The position numbers and the translations under genes are program-made. The notes under the pieces were generated by a model. It did not search any database. It had not been told where the DNA came from and saw only the letters and a list, made by a program, of their open reading frames with translations. From Carcharhinus longimanus (lineage: Eukaryota), in the NCBI GenBank assembly GCA_030264375.1, contig JASCQW010000128.1:14453771-14517770 (forward strand): DNA of 64,000 nt. Direction: 5' to 3'. Below are positions 1 to 13,140 of this stretch, piece by piece; within the stretch, counting starts at the first letter, position 1; every line of letters starts with the position of its first letter.

Positions 1-240
1 GACTTGCCCGATCCACACTCTGAATCGACTGTAACTTTAAGAGTGGAGAAAAAAGTTTTCAAAAATATCAGAACAAAGCCCAGGCAACACATTTTTTTTT
101 GCAAATCTCTTGGGAAACCTAAAGGAAGACTTTTTTGGAAGATCCTTGGATATGTCTGTCTCTCAGTGTCTTCCTGATAATGACCTGCTAATGATGATTA
201 TACCAATACTTTAAAGCAATCACCTGACATGATTTTGAAA

Positions 241-1627
241 TGATGTGGAGATGCTGGTGTTGGACTGGGGTAAACACAGTAAGGAGTCTCACAACACCAG
301 GTTAAAGTCCAATGGTTTATTTGTAGCAAACACCACTAGCTTTCGGAACTGGCTGTTTCTTTGTCAGGTGGGTGGGAATTCTGATCACAAACAGGGCAAA
401 TAAAGACACAAATTCAATTTACATGAATAATGATCGGAATGTGACTCTTTACAGTTAATCAAGTCTTAAAGGTACAGACAATGTGAGTGGAGAGAGCATT
501 AAGCACAGGTTAAAAAGATGTCAATTGTTTCCACACAGGAAAGTTGGTGAGATTTTGCAAATCCAGGCAAGTTGTGGGGTTTATAGATAGTGTGACATGA
601 ACCCAAGATCCTGGTTGAGGCCGACCTCATGTGTGCGGAACTTGGCTATCAATCTCTGCGCTGTCATGTGTCATGAAAGCCGCCTTGGAGAACGCTTACC
701 CGAAGATCAGAGGCTGAATGCCGGTGACCGCTGAAGTGTTCCCCAACAGGAAGAGAACGGTCTTGCCTGGTGATTGTTGAGCAGTGTTCATTCATCTGTT
801 GTCGTAGCTTCTGCATGGTCTCCCCAATGTACCATGNNNNNNNNNNNNNNNNNNNNNNNNNNNNNNNNNNNNNNNNNNNNNNNNNNNNNNNNNNNNNNNN
901 NNNNNNNNNNNNNNNNNNNNNNNNNNNNNNNNNNNNATCTGTGGTCGTAGCTTCTGCATGGTCTCCCCAATGTACCATGCCTCGGGTCATCCTTTCCTGC
1001 AGTGTATCTATTCCTGTAGCGTTGTCTACCTGATACACTGCAGGAAAGCATGTCCCGAGGTGTGGTACATTGGGGAGACCATGCAAACGCTACGACAACA
1101 GATGAATGAACACTGCTCGACAATCACCAGGCAAGACTGTTCTCTTCCTGTTAAGGAACACTTCAGCGGTCATGGGCATTCAGCTCTGATGTTCGGGTAA
1201 GCGTTCTCCAAGGCAGCCTTCACGTCACACGACAGCACAGAGTCGCTGAGCAGAGACTGATAGCCAAGTTCCGCACACATGAGGGCGGCCTCAACTGGGA
1301 TCTTGGGTTCATGTCACACTATCTGTAACCCCCACAACTTGCCTGGACTTGTAAAATCTCATTAACTTTCCTGACTGGAAACAATACACATCTTTTTAAC
1401 CTATGCTTAATGCTCCCTCCACTCGCATCTTCTGTATCTTCAAGACTTGATTAGCTGTAAAGACTCACATTCCAATCATTATTAATGTAAATTGAGTTTG
1501 TGTCTTTATATGCGCTGTTTGTGATCAGAACTCCTAACCACCCGACAAAGGAACAGCATTCCAAAAGCTAGTGGCATTGCTACATCTCACACTGGACTTC
1601 AACCTGGTGTTGTGAGCCTTTTTACTG
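241..1627. mobile_element. Penelope-like retroelement remnant in inverted (fold-back) arrangement, GIY-YIG endonuclease region
   Basis: Left arm ~241-1008 (-) and right arm ~1032-1627 (+) are reverse complements. Both encode the GIY-YIG segment WYIGETMQ...LPV.EHFSGH, and the right arm also shows VVYLIHCRKACPEV. Flanking direct repeat TGATTTTGAAAT at 230-241 and 1628-1639. Confidence 0.9.
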
Positions 1628-3275
1628 TGATTTTGAAATACCATGAAAAGTGCTCACCATTTCTTCCATTTTCCAGTGAAAGCAACCACGCTTTACAAGA
1701 TTAAAAGTAAATCGGATATTTAGTAACATTTGATGGACTAGACAAGTGCTTCGTTTCTAGGAGTGAACAGGAAGAGAAAAATTTGTGAATGTCTTACAAG
1801 GATATAAGATTTTGGATCACAGAATAGACCACGGGATGACAGAATAGACCACGAGGTCACCTTTTCAAGATTATTTTGAATGTATTTAGATATTACACAG
1901 TAATATATAAAACCCCATGTTTCTTGTATCTCCGCTATGAGTGACACTTTTCACCTAGAATTCCTATTTAAGATGTGTTAGGTTCTGATTGCAAATGAAG
2001 CTCTAAATTGCTGTTGGCAAGATACTTTGTTGGAGTTGTAACTTCTGACCTAATCTGTGTGATGGAAAAAGAGCACACAGACATAGGCATGCATGCATGC
2101 ATCTCTGTGCACACATATAAAAATCTTACATTGGCGTGTGCTTCTGGTGTACCAGACCCTACTTTGTCCTGTCAAATTTTTGTTACACATTGTTAGTTTC
2201 TTCCAATGGCAAACATGTGTAACAGAATTACCCATCTAGATATGCACAATATGTATCAATGTCTTAACCTCAGTGGTCTGCCATCCTTCAGTACTTCAAG
2301 AGTCAAAAATATAAAAGTAGAGAGGCAATTGCTTTTGGAACTTGCCAGCAATGGCCCATCTGCCAACCTTCCTGATTAGCACCTATTAACTTCTAATTGA
2401 CTTTAGGTTGTGCCAATTGACAACAATTGAGCACTGTGACCTAGAAGGAACAAGTCAGATAAACACAGCCGTATCAGTAATATCTTATATATTGTGAAGT
2501 TTATGTTGTGAAGTTTATTGTGACGTCTCTTTATGAAGTACTTTACCATCTGATTTCCCTTCAGAAATAGAAAGGATTAAGTCTTTTTTTCTCTCGCCAC
2601 TCATATTTACATATCTTGTTGCCTTCAGGTTAACTCCCATCAGGAGAGTTGGATGTTGCATTAACAGTGGTCGAATGGAGATTCATGGTCATCTATTATG
2701 AGGCATGAATTAAGGATCTGCCAAGTTTGAATGATTTGGTTAAAAATATGATCTAAATTGACACAACTCGATCCTTAAAATAATAATAAATGTCTCCACG
2801 ATTATAAGCTGGGAGTGCAATTTATCTTCTTAATCGTAACTCTCCAGTCATTTTATCACAATATTATGAAGTGTTTTCAAGAAACATATTCTTGCTTTTT
2901 TCTTGATTGTCCAACTAGTCATGTTCATGGAAATAAGACTATCAGAAATTTAGCATTTGAATTTGAATCCCTGTTTTTGCATTCATTCAAATTAAGTTGC
3001 TTTCATGGGTGGTATCTCATCCCAAGTTCATTGCTAGGTCGTAAGATAGATCATTTAAGAGTTGCTGCAGTTTGTAAGAATGGGGCAACATCCTGGTCAA
3101 AGTTCATTTGACCTGCTAGCTATTTAATTGGAATTGCGTGGAAAGTTGGCTGAGGGGGAAAATGGGGGGAAAAAAACTGATTCAAATATTGTGTAAGCAA
3201 AAAACCCATGTAAGGTCTGGGGCCGGAATTTGCTGGCAACATGATGTGTCATAGAATCCCTAGGTGGAGCTTATT

Positions 3276-3571
3276 GAATCATAGAATCCCTACAGTGCAG
3301 AGAGAGGCCATTTGGCCCATTGAGCCTGCACCGACAACAATCCCACCCAGGCCCTATCCCTGCAACTCCCCTAACTTGTCCCCCTGACACAATTTAGCAT
3401 GGCCAATCCACCTAACCCTCACATCTTTGGACTGTGGGAGGAAACTGGAGCACCCAGAGGAAACCCACTCGGACACGGGGAGATTGTGCAGACTCCACAT
3501 AGACAGTGACCCGAAGCTGGAATTGAACCCGGGTCCCTGGCGCTGTGAGGCAACAGTGTGCCATCATGCTG
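3276..3571 (-). mobile_element. HE1-like tRNA-derived V-SINE, CR1-type tail
   Basis: tRNA-like head with B box (GGTTCAATTCC on -), V-domain ggtttcctctgggtgctccagtttcctcccacagtccaaagatgtg, tail ending gattctatgattc. Confidence 0.85.
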
Positions 3572-4976
3572 TTCTTATTGAGACCAGCTTTATATTCCAC
3601 ATTTTATTAACTGCCGTAGTGGGATTTGAATCCATGTCCCCTAGCTTTCAGGCTGGACCTCTGGATTACCACTCCAGTGGCATTACCATTATTCCACCAT
3701 TTTACCTCATAAGAGGCTATTTGGCCCATCAAGTTTGCTACGACTCCTTGACATAGTCACTTACTCAGGCTGTCTCCCATGTCCTATCCATGGTATAATA
3801 ACATTGCCAGAATTTCCTGGAAATGATGCAAGGGGACTTGACACTTAATTAAACTTGATGAAAATTCCTAAGATCCCTCTCTCTCTGCTGCATGTGAGCG
3901 AGCTTGTTGAATTCCAATGTTGTCATTCTACACATCCCTCCTGCATTACTTCTCCTATCAAGATCAATGGTAATATGCAATAGTGGAACTAATTCTACTG
4001 TAAGCTCCAGTGTGACTTAAGGCATTGGTGACCTGGCAGTGGCTTGTTTTATTGTTCTAAAATCAACTTCCCTTGACAAGGGACCTTTTTACTGGTACAA
4101 TGGCAAAATAGTGTGATGCAAGGAATCTGACAAATAAACAGAAAATGCTGGAAATACTCTGCAGGCCAGGCAGCATCTGCGGTGAAAAATAACACATTAA
4201 AGTTTCAGGTTGACGATTTTCTGTCCTTTCACTGAACTTTGCCGGTTTATTCAGTGCATATAAAAATAATAAACCTCCAGACATTTTAGCTAGCTGTAAA
4301 GTTCCTTCTTCAATTGAATTGAACCTTTGAAACCCATTTAATGTTTCAGTCCACTCAGTTGGTCACTTAGCAATGTTGCGGGCTAACTTGAACGTAGAGT
4401 GTCTACCCAAAAGTATATTTCTTTTGAAATTCATATTGATAAATACATTTATGGCAATTCATTGGGGCAGTACATTTGTAAGTATTGTATTGCAGGAATA
4501 AATTGGTCTATTTAAAGAGTTAAGATAACTATTTGAAACCTTGCAGCTGCTCTGAATTTAAAGATGGGATAACTGCGAGATGTATATTAAATAATTACTT
4601 CCTACCGTACCTTTCATTGACATTTTAATATATTTAAACTGCAAAGCACAGGACTTGTGCTTTGAAATGAATTGATTCACCAACATCTGAAAACAATTAC
4701 AATTTAGAAGCTTTCAATTAGCTCAGGTACTTGCAGCCTCACTCGGGCTGCCCATGTTACACCAAGGAATTACTTCACAAAACAGCATGATTAACCTGAT
4801 AAATATAGATCTATTGTAAATTCTCCAAACAGGGCTTTCCAGTTGAGTGCAGACTTTTATAACGTGGCTCTAGAAATGCATGAATCAGGTGTATGTCATC
4901 AAAATCAGAGTTGATGGCAAATATGTGTCAATAGCCAGTGCTGCTCAGCTCCCGGATTCCCTGTCTGTCATATATT

Positions 4977-5246
4977 TTAAGTTTATTTATTAGTGTCACA
5001 AGTATTATGTTAAATCTGCCATGAAGTTGGTGTGAAAATCCCCAAGTCGCCTGTTCGGGTATTCTGAGGGAGAATTTAGCATGGCCAATGCACCTAACAA
5101 CACATCTTTCGGACTGTGGGAGGAAACCCATGCAGAATGGGCAGAATGTGCACATGCCATACAGAGAGTCCACCCAGGCCAGGAATCAAACCTGGGTTCC
5201 AGACGCTGTGTGGTGGCAGTGCTAACCATGTGCCACTGTGCTGCCC
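4977..5246 (-). mobile_element. HE1-like V-SINE, alternative (tgtgacactaataaataaac) tail
   Basis: Head gggcagcacagtggcac...ggttagcactgc, V-domain, tail ...cttgtgacactaataaataaactt. Confidence 0.85.
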
Positions 5247-7983
5247 ACCATTCTCCAACAAATTATGGCCTTAATACACCACTGGAAGGGCCAACAAAGC
5301 ACATGTCAATATCCATTTCTTGACAAATGAACAACACAAGGTACAAATGCCATGAAAATGTATCAATAGGACACTTGGATTGTGTGAAAATGTTGAACTT
5401 TTCTATTCAAACTAATACAGAAAATGTTGGAAGATCTCAGCAGATCTGACGGCGTCTGTGGGGAGAAAATAGAGCCAAAGTTTTGAGTCTAGATGGCACT
5501 TCATCAGAAATTTTCGTTCTCTTCTCTCCAAAAACAAGCTTGATCAGTTTTTTCCATGAGTATTGAGCAGTGACTAAATTTTACCTTAAGGACTTGCAAA
5601 GCTTTTAAGGTTTGATTTAATTTTGTTTTCAATATAACTTTTTGATTGTTTTTTCCTCCTTGTAAATTGCTTATTGCAATTCATGCTCTCCAGCTGTAGA
5701 AGTGGACAAGTGCAAATTATCAACAATGGGAATTAGCATCCTTGCAGCTTCAGGATTAGTAAGAGATATCGTTTGGGGAGCAGAGTGGGTCAGACGTGAT
5801 TTATGCTCTCTCGTTCTTGCTCCTTTTCCAAGATGAATCAATTCTACATTTAATAGAGCTTTTAAAACTTCAGTGTGGGGACCATTTGAAAATATTGGCA
5901 CACTTCTTTGGACTCCCTGCGAATACTGATGTGCCATCATAGGATCTTTGATTCTAACTTGCAAACGTTTTGCCTGTTCATCTACAACTGTAAACCTTCT
6001 TTAACATGAGTACAGAGCGTATGTAAAAGTTGAAGTCACAAACCACCTGCATTCTTTCTGGAGACCCTCCTGTTGTAGCCGAGTGGAAATGTTTCCATCT
6101 GAGGAAAAGAGATTTGAATTATGGTTAATCTTGTGACTCAAACCCATGTTCTTTTGGTTGAAAACTCAATGGCTTAAGTGATGTTTCCACATTAAGGATG
6201 TTGCATTAATGCAAGTTGTTGCTGTTGAAGTATAACGGTGTAGATTCAGTGTACGTTCACTGACACTGAGAATTTTTTTATTTTTGGGTAATGGACATCT
6301 CTGGCAGGCCAGAGTTATGGCCCATCCCAAATTACACTTGAGAAAGTGATGTAGCATCGAACTGCTGTTGCGTAATGAGCTGGTGATGATGGATGAACAC
6401 TCATATATGTCCAAGTAAAGATGGTTTTAACTTGGTGGAATTGGAATTGTTGCTGTTCCCATTTGCCTGCTGGAGCTGTCCTTCTAAAATCTAGTTGCTG
6501 AAACATGCAAAGTGGCATAATATTAATAACTTTCTAACATGTACAATTCATGGAGCTACTACCGAAAAGCTTATCATGACTGACAAACATAATCGGCCAC
6601 ATTGAATGTTTCCAAATTGTACAAAGCTCTATGTTCAGTAACAATTGTCTGCTTTTCCAGTTCTGTGAAAGCCTTTTGAACATTGCACAATTGCATTGCA
6701 GAATCTACAAAGTTACTAAACAGAACCATAACATTCAAATATGCAATGTTTAATTGAAGGAATTGTAACCTGCAAATCAGAACAAGGGAAAGCTGGCTGG
6801 ATCTGACACACATTGAATTCTTTCCCCTCAGGAAATGCCTCGAGAAGCATTTCAAACACATGCACCTTGCTGACCTAGGAAGTAATAATTTTGTGATCTT
6901 TACCGGTGCAGTTGTTGAACTTATAGTCATCGCTGGGTGCTTCCTGCATTGGTCTTGGAAGAGGAAGGAAGGATGCGGTAGTGTCCTCAGGGGGAGGGGG
7001 TTGAAATCAGTGCTTACTTAATTCAAATGCAGATACAAGAACGAGTTTATTAATTCCAGGTTGTACAGAGATTATTATCACACTTGTTTATTGGCAATGT
7101 GGATATGTTTTTGTTGTATCATTTGTGAGGAAAATGAACATTTCAGAACTAAGCATGTAATACAAGTTTAAAAATATGTTTAGAACATTGTCCACTTCTG
7201 ATGATGTATATTAATACCACAACCTTCTGAAAGATGGTCCACACTGGTTCCAGCAAGTAAAAGTGCTTTATGTTCATGCCAACTAAGAAGCTAATTAGAG
7301 TACCAACAATGGCTTTTGAATAACTATTTGAAATTCATGATTTTTCTTTCCAAATTTAACTTCAGATTGTAGAAATAATTCCAGTGCCATACCCCATTTT
7401 GTCCACTGTCAGAGGGATTCTCGGCCTTGTGACTCCACTCCTACTACTGATGATCAAGCCACGGGCCCAGCCCAACAGCAAAACCTCCAAAATGGAGATT
7501 GGACCACAGAGCTGGTGATTGGATTCAGTGTCGTGCTTAGTATGACTTGATCCCAACAGCTTGGTTTCTGTCTCTCATTGGGAGCTGCAAGAAGCAGGAG
7601 TGAAGGGATGTCTGCAGCTTGAGAAAAGTGACTGACTGAGAAACCACACATCTCAAACTTTCACACTCCGTTCTCTCTCCCCCTGATCTGTGTCACTGGA
7701 GATCAACATTTCACACTTGGCTCAATTGACTGCCATTCTTTAATGCAATGTTAAACATTTTCTTTATCAGTTGGAGCTGTAGCTGATGTCAGTTACAATA
7801 AACCTTAATTAAAGTGAAGCTTAAAAACAAGAGAATAGTTGTTCAGGAGCATCTACTGTTCTTCATGATGAAATCATCTCAGGTTCTATATGTTTAATTC
7901 AGTCATTTCCTCAAGAGACTTGCAAGATCTAACAAAACTGAACATACTTAGTTCAGAGATTTTATGTGGTACTGAGTATTTTA

Positions 7984-8088
7984 GGGATGCCGGCGTTGGA
8001 CTGGGGTAAACACAGTACATAAGAACATAAGAAATAGGAGCAGGAGTAGGCCAACTAGCCCTTCGAGCCTGCCCCGCCATTCAATAAG
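7984..8088 (-). mobile_element. Penelope-like tail fused to CR1 LINE 3' end (runs into gap)
   Basis: gatgccggcgttggactggggtaaacacagta followed by cataagaacataagaaataggagcaggagtaggcc (reverse of a CR1 3' tandem tail). Confidence 0.7.
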
Positions 8089-8188
8089 NNNNNNNNNNNN
8101 NNNNNNNNNNNNNNNNNNNNNNNNNNNNNNNNNNNNNNNNNNNNNNNNNNNNNNNNNNNNNNNNNNNNNNNNNNNNNNNNNNNNNNNN

Positions 8189-8403
8189 ATGTCTGTGTGG
8201 AGTTTGCACATTCACCCCGTGTCAGCGTGGGTTTCCTCTGGGTGCTCCGGCTTCCTCTCGAAAGATGGGCAGGCTAGGTGCATTAGCCATGCTAAGTTCT
8301 CCCTCAGCGCACCCAATCAGGTGCTGGAAGTACTGGATGTTCGCAGTAACTTCATTGCAGTGTTAATGTAAGCCTATTTGTGACACTAATAAATAAACTT
8401 TAA
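8189..8403 (+). mobile_element. HE1-like V-SINE (5' part in gap), alternative tail
   Basis: gtctgtgtggagtttgcacattc...ggtttcctctgggtgctccgg...tgtgacactaataaataaacttt. Confidence 0.85.
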
Positions 8404-8410
8404 AAGAAGC

Positions 8411-8631
8411 CACCCAGGCCCTATTCCCACACATTTAGCCTGCCAACCTAGGGTCAAATTGGGTGGCCAATCAACCTGATGTGCACAGCTTTGGACTGTG
8501 GGAGGAAACCAGAGCACGCGGAGAAAATCCATGCAGAGATGGGGAGAATGTACAGAGTCGACACAGACAGTGACTGAGCCCAAAATTGAACCTGGCGCTG
8601 TGAGGCAGCAGTGCTAACAACCATGCCGCCC
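8411..8631 (-). mobile_element. HE1-like V-SINE, truncated
   Basis: Reverse of head (ggttgttagcactgctgcctcacagcgccagg) and V-domain. Confidence 0.8.
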
Positions 8632-9331
8632 TAATATTGCTTTTATCTCAGTCTTTAAAAAAGTATCCTTTGATAAACAATCCTTCATTCCGCAACAGCA
8701 CACAATAAGTGCAGATTTAAATTGGATTATAAAATTTTAATTTGTATGGGTGTAACAAAAATACAAACCTATCAAATCCTCTTTGTGCATAGGAATGAAA
8801 ACATTTGTACTTTTTTGACTTTTCCAGTCGTGATTTCAGTCCTGCCTTAATTTGGAAACCAATAAGATATTTCAGAGATACATTTCAGACAGGGACAACT
8901 TCAATGTTTCCCAATTAACTTTTTCTGACCTATAATTTACAAAACTAATACATTGCTCCAAGTCACAACAAAAGATTTAATGATTTTTGGGTTATTTTGG
9001 AAATCACATTTTTCAAATTGATACCAACCTGAGCAATTGGGATGGTGGTCCTGATCACCTATTAATCTTGAAGCTTTGGTTTGCATAATCAATTAATGTG
9101 TACACTTCAAGATTAAATATTGAAGTTATCAATACCTTTTTTTAAAGTTTGTTCCCTTCTTACAGGATGTCGGTGTCACCAGCTGGGCTCACATTTATTG
9201 CCCAACTCTAGTTGCCCTTCAGAAGATGGTGGTGAGCTGTCTTCTTGAACAGTGCATTTCCTGTAGGGGGAATGGGGAGTGAATGGCGGAGGTGGGTGGG
9301 CAGTGGATGGGCCATTTAGCTTGCTAATTGC

Positions 9332-9826
9332 TTGATTTGATTTGATTTGATTTGTTTTTGTTGCATGTATTAGTATACAGTGAAAAGTATTGTTCCTTGT
9401 TACAGACAAAGCATACCGTTCATAGAGAAGGAAACGAGAGAGTGCAGAATGTAGTGTTACAGTTGTAGCTAGGGTGTAGAGAAACTTAATGCAAGATTGG
9501 TCCATTCAAAAATTTGATGGCAGCAGGGAAGAAGATGTTCTTGAGTTGGTTGGTACGTGACTTCAGACTTTTGTATCTTTGTCCCGATGGGATAAGGTGG
9601 GGGAGAGAATGTCTGGGATGAATGGGGTCTGTCATTATGTTGGCTGCTTTCCCGAGGCAGTGGGAAGTGTAGACAGAGTCAATAGATGAGAGGCTGGTTT
9701 GCGTGATGGGGCTGGACATTGTTCACAACCCTTTATAGCTTTTTGCGGTCTTGGACAGAGCAGGAGCCATACAAAGCTGTGATACAACTAGAAGCAATGC
9801 TTTCTATTGTGCATCTGTAGAAGTTG
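9332..9826 (-). mobile_element. Rex1/Babar LINE 3' fragment
   Basis: Residual frame ...KAANIMTDPIHPRHSL...PSGQRYKSLKSRTNQLKNIFFPAAIKFLN; (TCAAA)n tail. Confidence 0.85.
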
Positions 9827-9925
9827 AACCCAGGCACTCTGACACATGGAAATTCTCTTTTGATCTTCGGTAAGCATGGGGCAGTCTCAATTCAAAAACT
9901 TACCGATTGGTGTTTCTGATTATCA

Positions 9926-10566
9926 TGATGTGGAGTTGCCGGCATTGGACTGGGGTAAGCACAGTAGGTAATCTCACAACACCAGGTTAAAGTCCAATTT
10001 ATTTGGTAGCACGAGCTTTCGGAGCAATGCTCCTTCATCAGGTGAGTGACGAGTTCTGTTCACAAACAGCTATATAGACACAAATTCAATTTACAAGATA
10101 ATGGTTGGAATGCGAGTCTTTACAGGTAATCAAGTCTTTACAGGTGCAGATAATATGAGTGGAGAGAGGGTTAAGCACAGGTTAAAGGAATGTGTATTAT
10201 TTCCAGATAGGACAGTTAGTGAGATTTTGCAAGCCCAGGCAAGTCGTGGGGGTTACAGATAGTGTGACATGAACCCAAGGCCATCCTCGTATGTGGAACT
10301 TGGCTATCAGTCTCTGCTCAGCGACTCTGCACTGTCGTGTGTCATGAAGGCTGCCTTGGAGAACGCTAACCCGAAGATCAGAGGCCGAATGCCCATGACC
10401 ACTGAAGTGTTCCCCAACAGGAAGAGAACAGTCTTGCCTGGTGATTGTCGAGTTGTGTTCATTCATCCGTTGTCGTAGCGTCTGCATGGTCTCCCCAATG
10501 TACCATGCCTCGGGACATCCTTTCCTGCAGCGTATCAGGTAGACAACATTGGCCAAGTTGCAAGTG
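9926..10566 (-). mobile_element. Penelope-like element 3' fragment with GIY-YIG ORF and pseudo-LTR end
   Basis: ORF 10197-10556 NVVYLIRCRKGCPEAWYIGETMQTLRQRMNEH...AEQRLIAKF; same terminal sequence (tgatgtggag...ggactggggtaa.cacagta) as 241-1627. Confidence 0.9.
10010..10044 (-). ncRNA. Minimal type I hammerhead ribozyme motif in Penelope-like end (core intact)
   Basis: Minus strand reads CAC-CUGAUGA-A-GGAGC-AUU-GCUCC-GAAA-GCUC-GUG: CUGANGA and GAAA cores, 5-bp stem II, palindromic AGCU stem III, CAC/GUG stem I. Confidence 0.8.
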
Positions 10567-11086
10567 CAGTCTTAGGTAGACCGACGACTTTGCTTACTTT
10601 GTGGCCAGTAAGCCACTTCCTTGTCAAATGCCACTCTTGCTGCTTCTACAAGTTTGAACTGACAAAACGTCTAGATAAGTTTTTGGATAATTGGGTGACT
10701 TCTCCCATGTTCCTCTTCCAGGAGCACTCTACTAAGCTCTTGGCTCAGGTGCAGACAATGCCAACCTGCCCCCAAGCATATGGAAGAACATCAGACCTCC
10801 CCTTCAAGACCCTGGGTGACTGGCCAGAATCCAGATACAATTCCTTTCTTGCAGATGTTGGAGTTGTTTCTGAACATGTCAAAGGACAAAGATTGAATTT
10901 TTATTTTAACTGTAGGAAGTGTTAAAGCTTCATGAAAAGGCATTTGACGGTACAACTGAAGTTATTTTCTGGTGCATTTCTCTATAAAAGGCAACTCATT
11001 GCAATGTTTTAACATCTTGTACACATAAATTGAAATGTGTTTGCTCATCTTTGTTAATTCTCAATGTGTTTTGTTCTATGTTACAG

Positions 11087-11254
11087 ACTCAACCTGTGCC
11101 TAATCCTATTGCGTATTATATGCATCGATCCCCATGGTGGTTCCACAGCTTTGAGGTCCTTACTAACCATTTCATTGAGCTTATCGTGCCTTTCTTCCTG
11201 TTTATTGGGCGCCAGATGTGTGTAATACATGGAATCCTGCAGATCCTATTTCAG
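11087..11254 (+). CDS. LMF1: Internal coding exon of lipase maturation factor 1 (168 bp, 56 codons, phase 0/0)
   Basis: Translation TQPVPNPIAYYMHRSPWWFHSFEVLTNHFIELIVPFFLFIGRQMCVIHGILQILFQ closely matches vertebrate LMF1 as recalled (TQPMPNPVAYYLHHSPWWFHRFETLSNHFIELLVPFFLFLGRRACIIHGVLQILFQ) and not LMF2. Pyrimidine-rich acceptor ...ttctatgttacag (AG 11085-11086) and donor cag|gtagga (GT 11255-11256). Confidence 0.95.
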
Positions 11255-12229
11255 GTAGGATTGCAAATTACTACTACTTCTGCTCCATTCTCATGTTATT
11301 GCTACAAAAATCCTCAAAAGGAAAAAACATTGAGATTAAAAGCGTCCCAGTTGGCTGATTGCTGTCACTGCGACATGATAATTTTCAATTGCCCGCCTTA
11401 TTCCTAGGTTTCTTTTCCCATGTAGTTACTCTATTTCTCCAATTTCTCCAACTCCTATTAAATTGTGACTCTTGTACATAGAATTTTCAGCACAGTAACA
11501 AGCCATTCGGGCCACTTGGTGTTGATGTTCTTTGTGTATGTTTCACCCCGCTTTTCCTTTCTCCCGCTAGTACTTATCCAGCTTTCTCCTAAATGTATTA
11601 TTGATATCTGACACAACTACTCCATGTGCTAGTGAGTTTCACATTCTTATCACTCTGAGTAAAGAAGTTTCTCCTGAATTCCTTATTAGATTTATTGATT
11701 ATCTTATATTTATGAAGCATAGCTTTGATTTCCCCCTCAAATGATGGATTTTCTCTAAAAATTGACCTACCCTTCATAATGTTAAAGTTTATATTGGGAA
11801 CTTCTTTAGTCTCTTTTCTTAGAGAAGAATGTTCCAGCTCATGTTATGATCCCATAGTCATCAGTAATCTGTTATTGTCTCATGCAATTGACTGTTCTTT
11901 AATTGTAAATTGATTGAGTACAGACAAGTTGCTATAGCAATGCACCACTCTTAAGCCTGTTCTTCTTCTTGCCTAATATCCATACATTGCAGACTATCCA
12001 GCAGGAACAACAATGGATGACAATCAGGAACCACAATCCTTGTTGATTTTAACCCCCACTTCCTCTACCCATTAAAGGGAATTAAGACCTGTTCTGCTAT
12101 CTGACTGGGACACTTGCTGAGATCAGTTAGTTTGCACAGACTGGTGATTAAATTTGTAACTTTGGAGGCTGTGAGTGCTATTTCTGTCCTGGGAATATCA
12201 TTATGCAATAGGCAAGCAGGAGGTCTTCT

Positions 12230-12510
12230 GGCTCGATATTGATTTGAGCCCTGACTGCCCTCTTGAGTCTCATCAGGGCATTATTCTGAAGAAGAACAGG
12301 AGTATCCTGGCCAATGTTTGTTCCTCAACTGTCATTAAAAACATAATGGATAGCCTAGTCATTATCAGATTGTGCGTGGGAGGTTTCTATGTGCAAATTG
12401 GTTGTTGTGTTTCCTGCATTACAATGGTGACCAGATTTCAAAAGGTGTTCAGTTGGCTGGATATATCTTGAAGTTGTGAAAGGTGAGTGTGAACGCAAGC
12501 CTTTCGTTTT
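12230..12510 (+). mobile_element. SacSINE1/Deu-SINE-like fragment
   Basis: gaagaagaacaggagtatcctggccaatgttt...gtgcaaattggttg...gtgaaagg...gcaagcctttc, Deu-domain and L2-type tail. Confidence 0.7.
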
Positions 12511-13140
12511 AGACAGCACGAAATTTACAACATCTCAACTTTCTGCTGAATAACAACAGCAGTTAGATGAAATTTGCCAGCTGCGTAAAGACGCTGCCTC
12601 TTTTTCTCTTCCTTTTGCTCCAAGTAACGTTTTACATCCAAACAGTGTCAAATTACTGATGGTCAGGGCAGAAAGGAATCAAACTGTATCCAGAATTTCT
12701 GTACCAAGAATCTCAGATATTTACTTGTGTTCCATTTTTGTATTAAAGGACTGCTTGCTTATCCCATCTGTGGTCGCATGTTTTGGTTATGAAGGAAGCC
12801 ATTTTCAAACCAAATCCATAAAGTTTGCCATCAGCTGTTCAATAGCAGATACATTTGGGATATCTGAACTGACTGAAGTTTAGTCACTTGTTTCAGTTCC
12901 ACAAAAATATTTTCTGCATGGGATTGCAGACATTATAGGAACATTAGGAGCTGGAGTCAGCTGTTCAACCTGCTCCTCCATATAATTATATCACGATCAA
13001 TCTTGATCTCAACTCTATTTAGCTGCCATTGCCAATTCTGCTTGATATCTTTACCCAAGAAGATCTCAGTATTGGAAGCTTCAGTTGACATGCCCATCAT
13101 CAACAACTTTTTGGAGAGATTTTCTAACAAGTTATAGATA

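Noticed and set aside
793-980. Apparent tandem duplication of atctgt.gtcgtagcttctgcatggtctccccaatgtaccatg on both sides of the gap
   Set aside because: Overlapping contig ends flanking a 100-N placeholder (837-936); most likely an assembly artefact.
1820-1852. Short tandem duplications (also 2491-2523 and 50990-51012)
   Set aside because: Ordinary slippage-type duplications of 12-20 bp.
2629-2703. Possible upstream LMF1 exon (ttcag acceptor ... tattatgag)
   Set aside because: The frames checked do not resemble GLIKIRGDxCWRDLTCMxxHYE and contain stops; no GT donor follows.
11030-11407. 125-aa ORF as a standalone gene
   Set aside because: Only 11087-11254 is LMF1-like; the flanks are intron read-through bounded by canonical splice sites.
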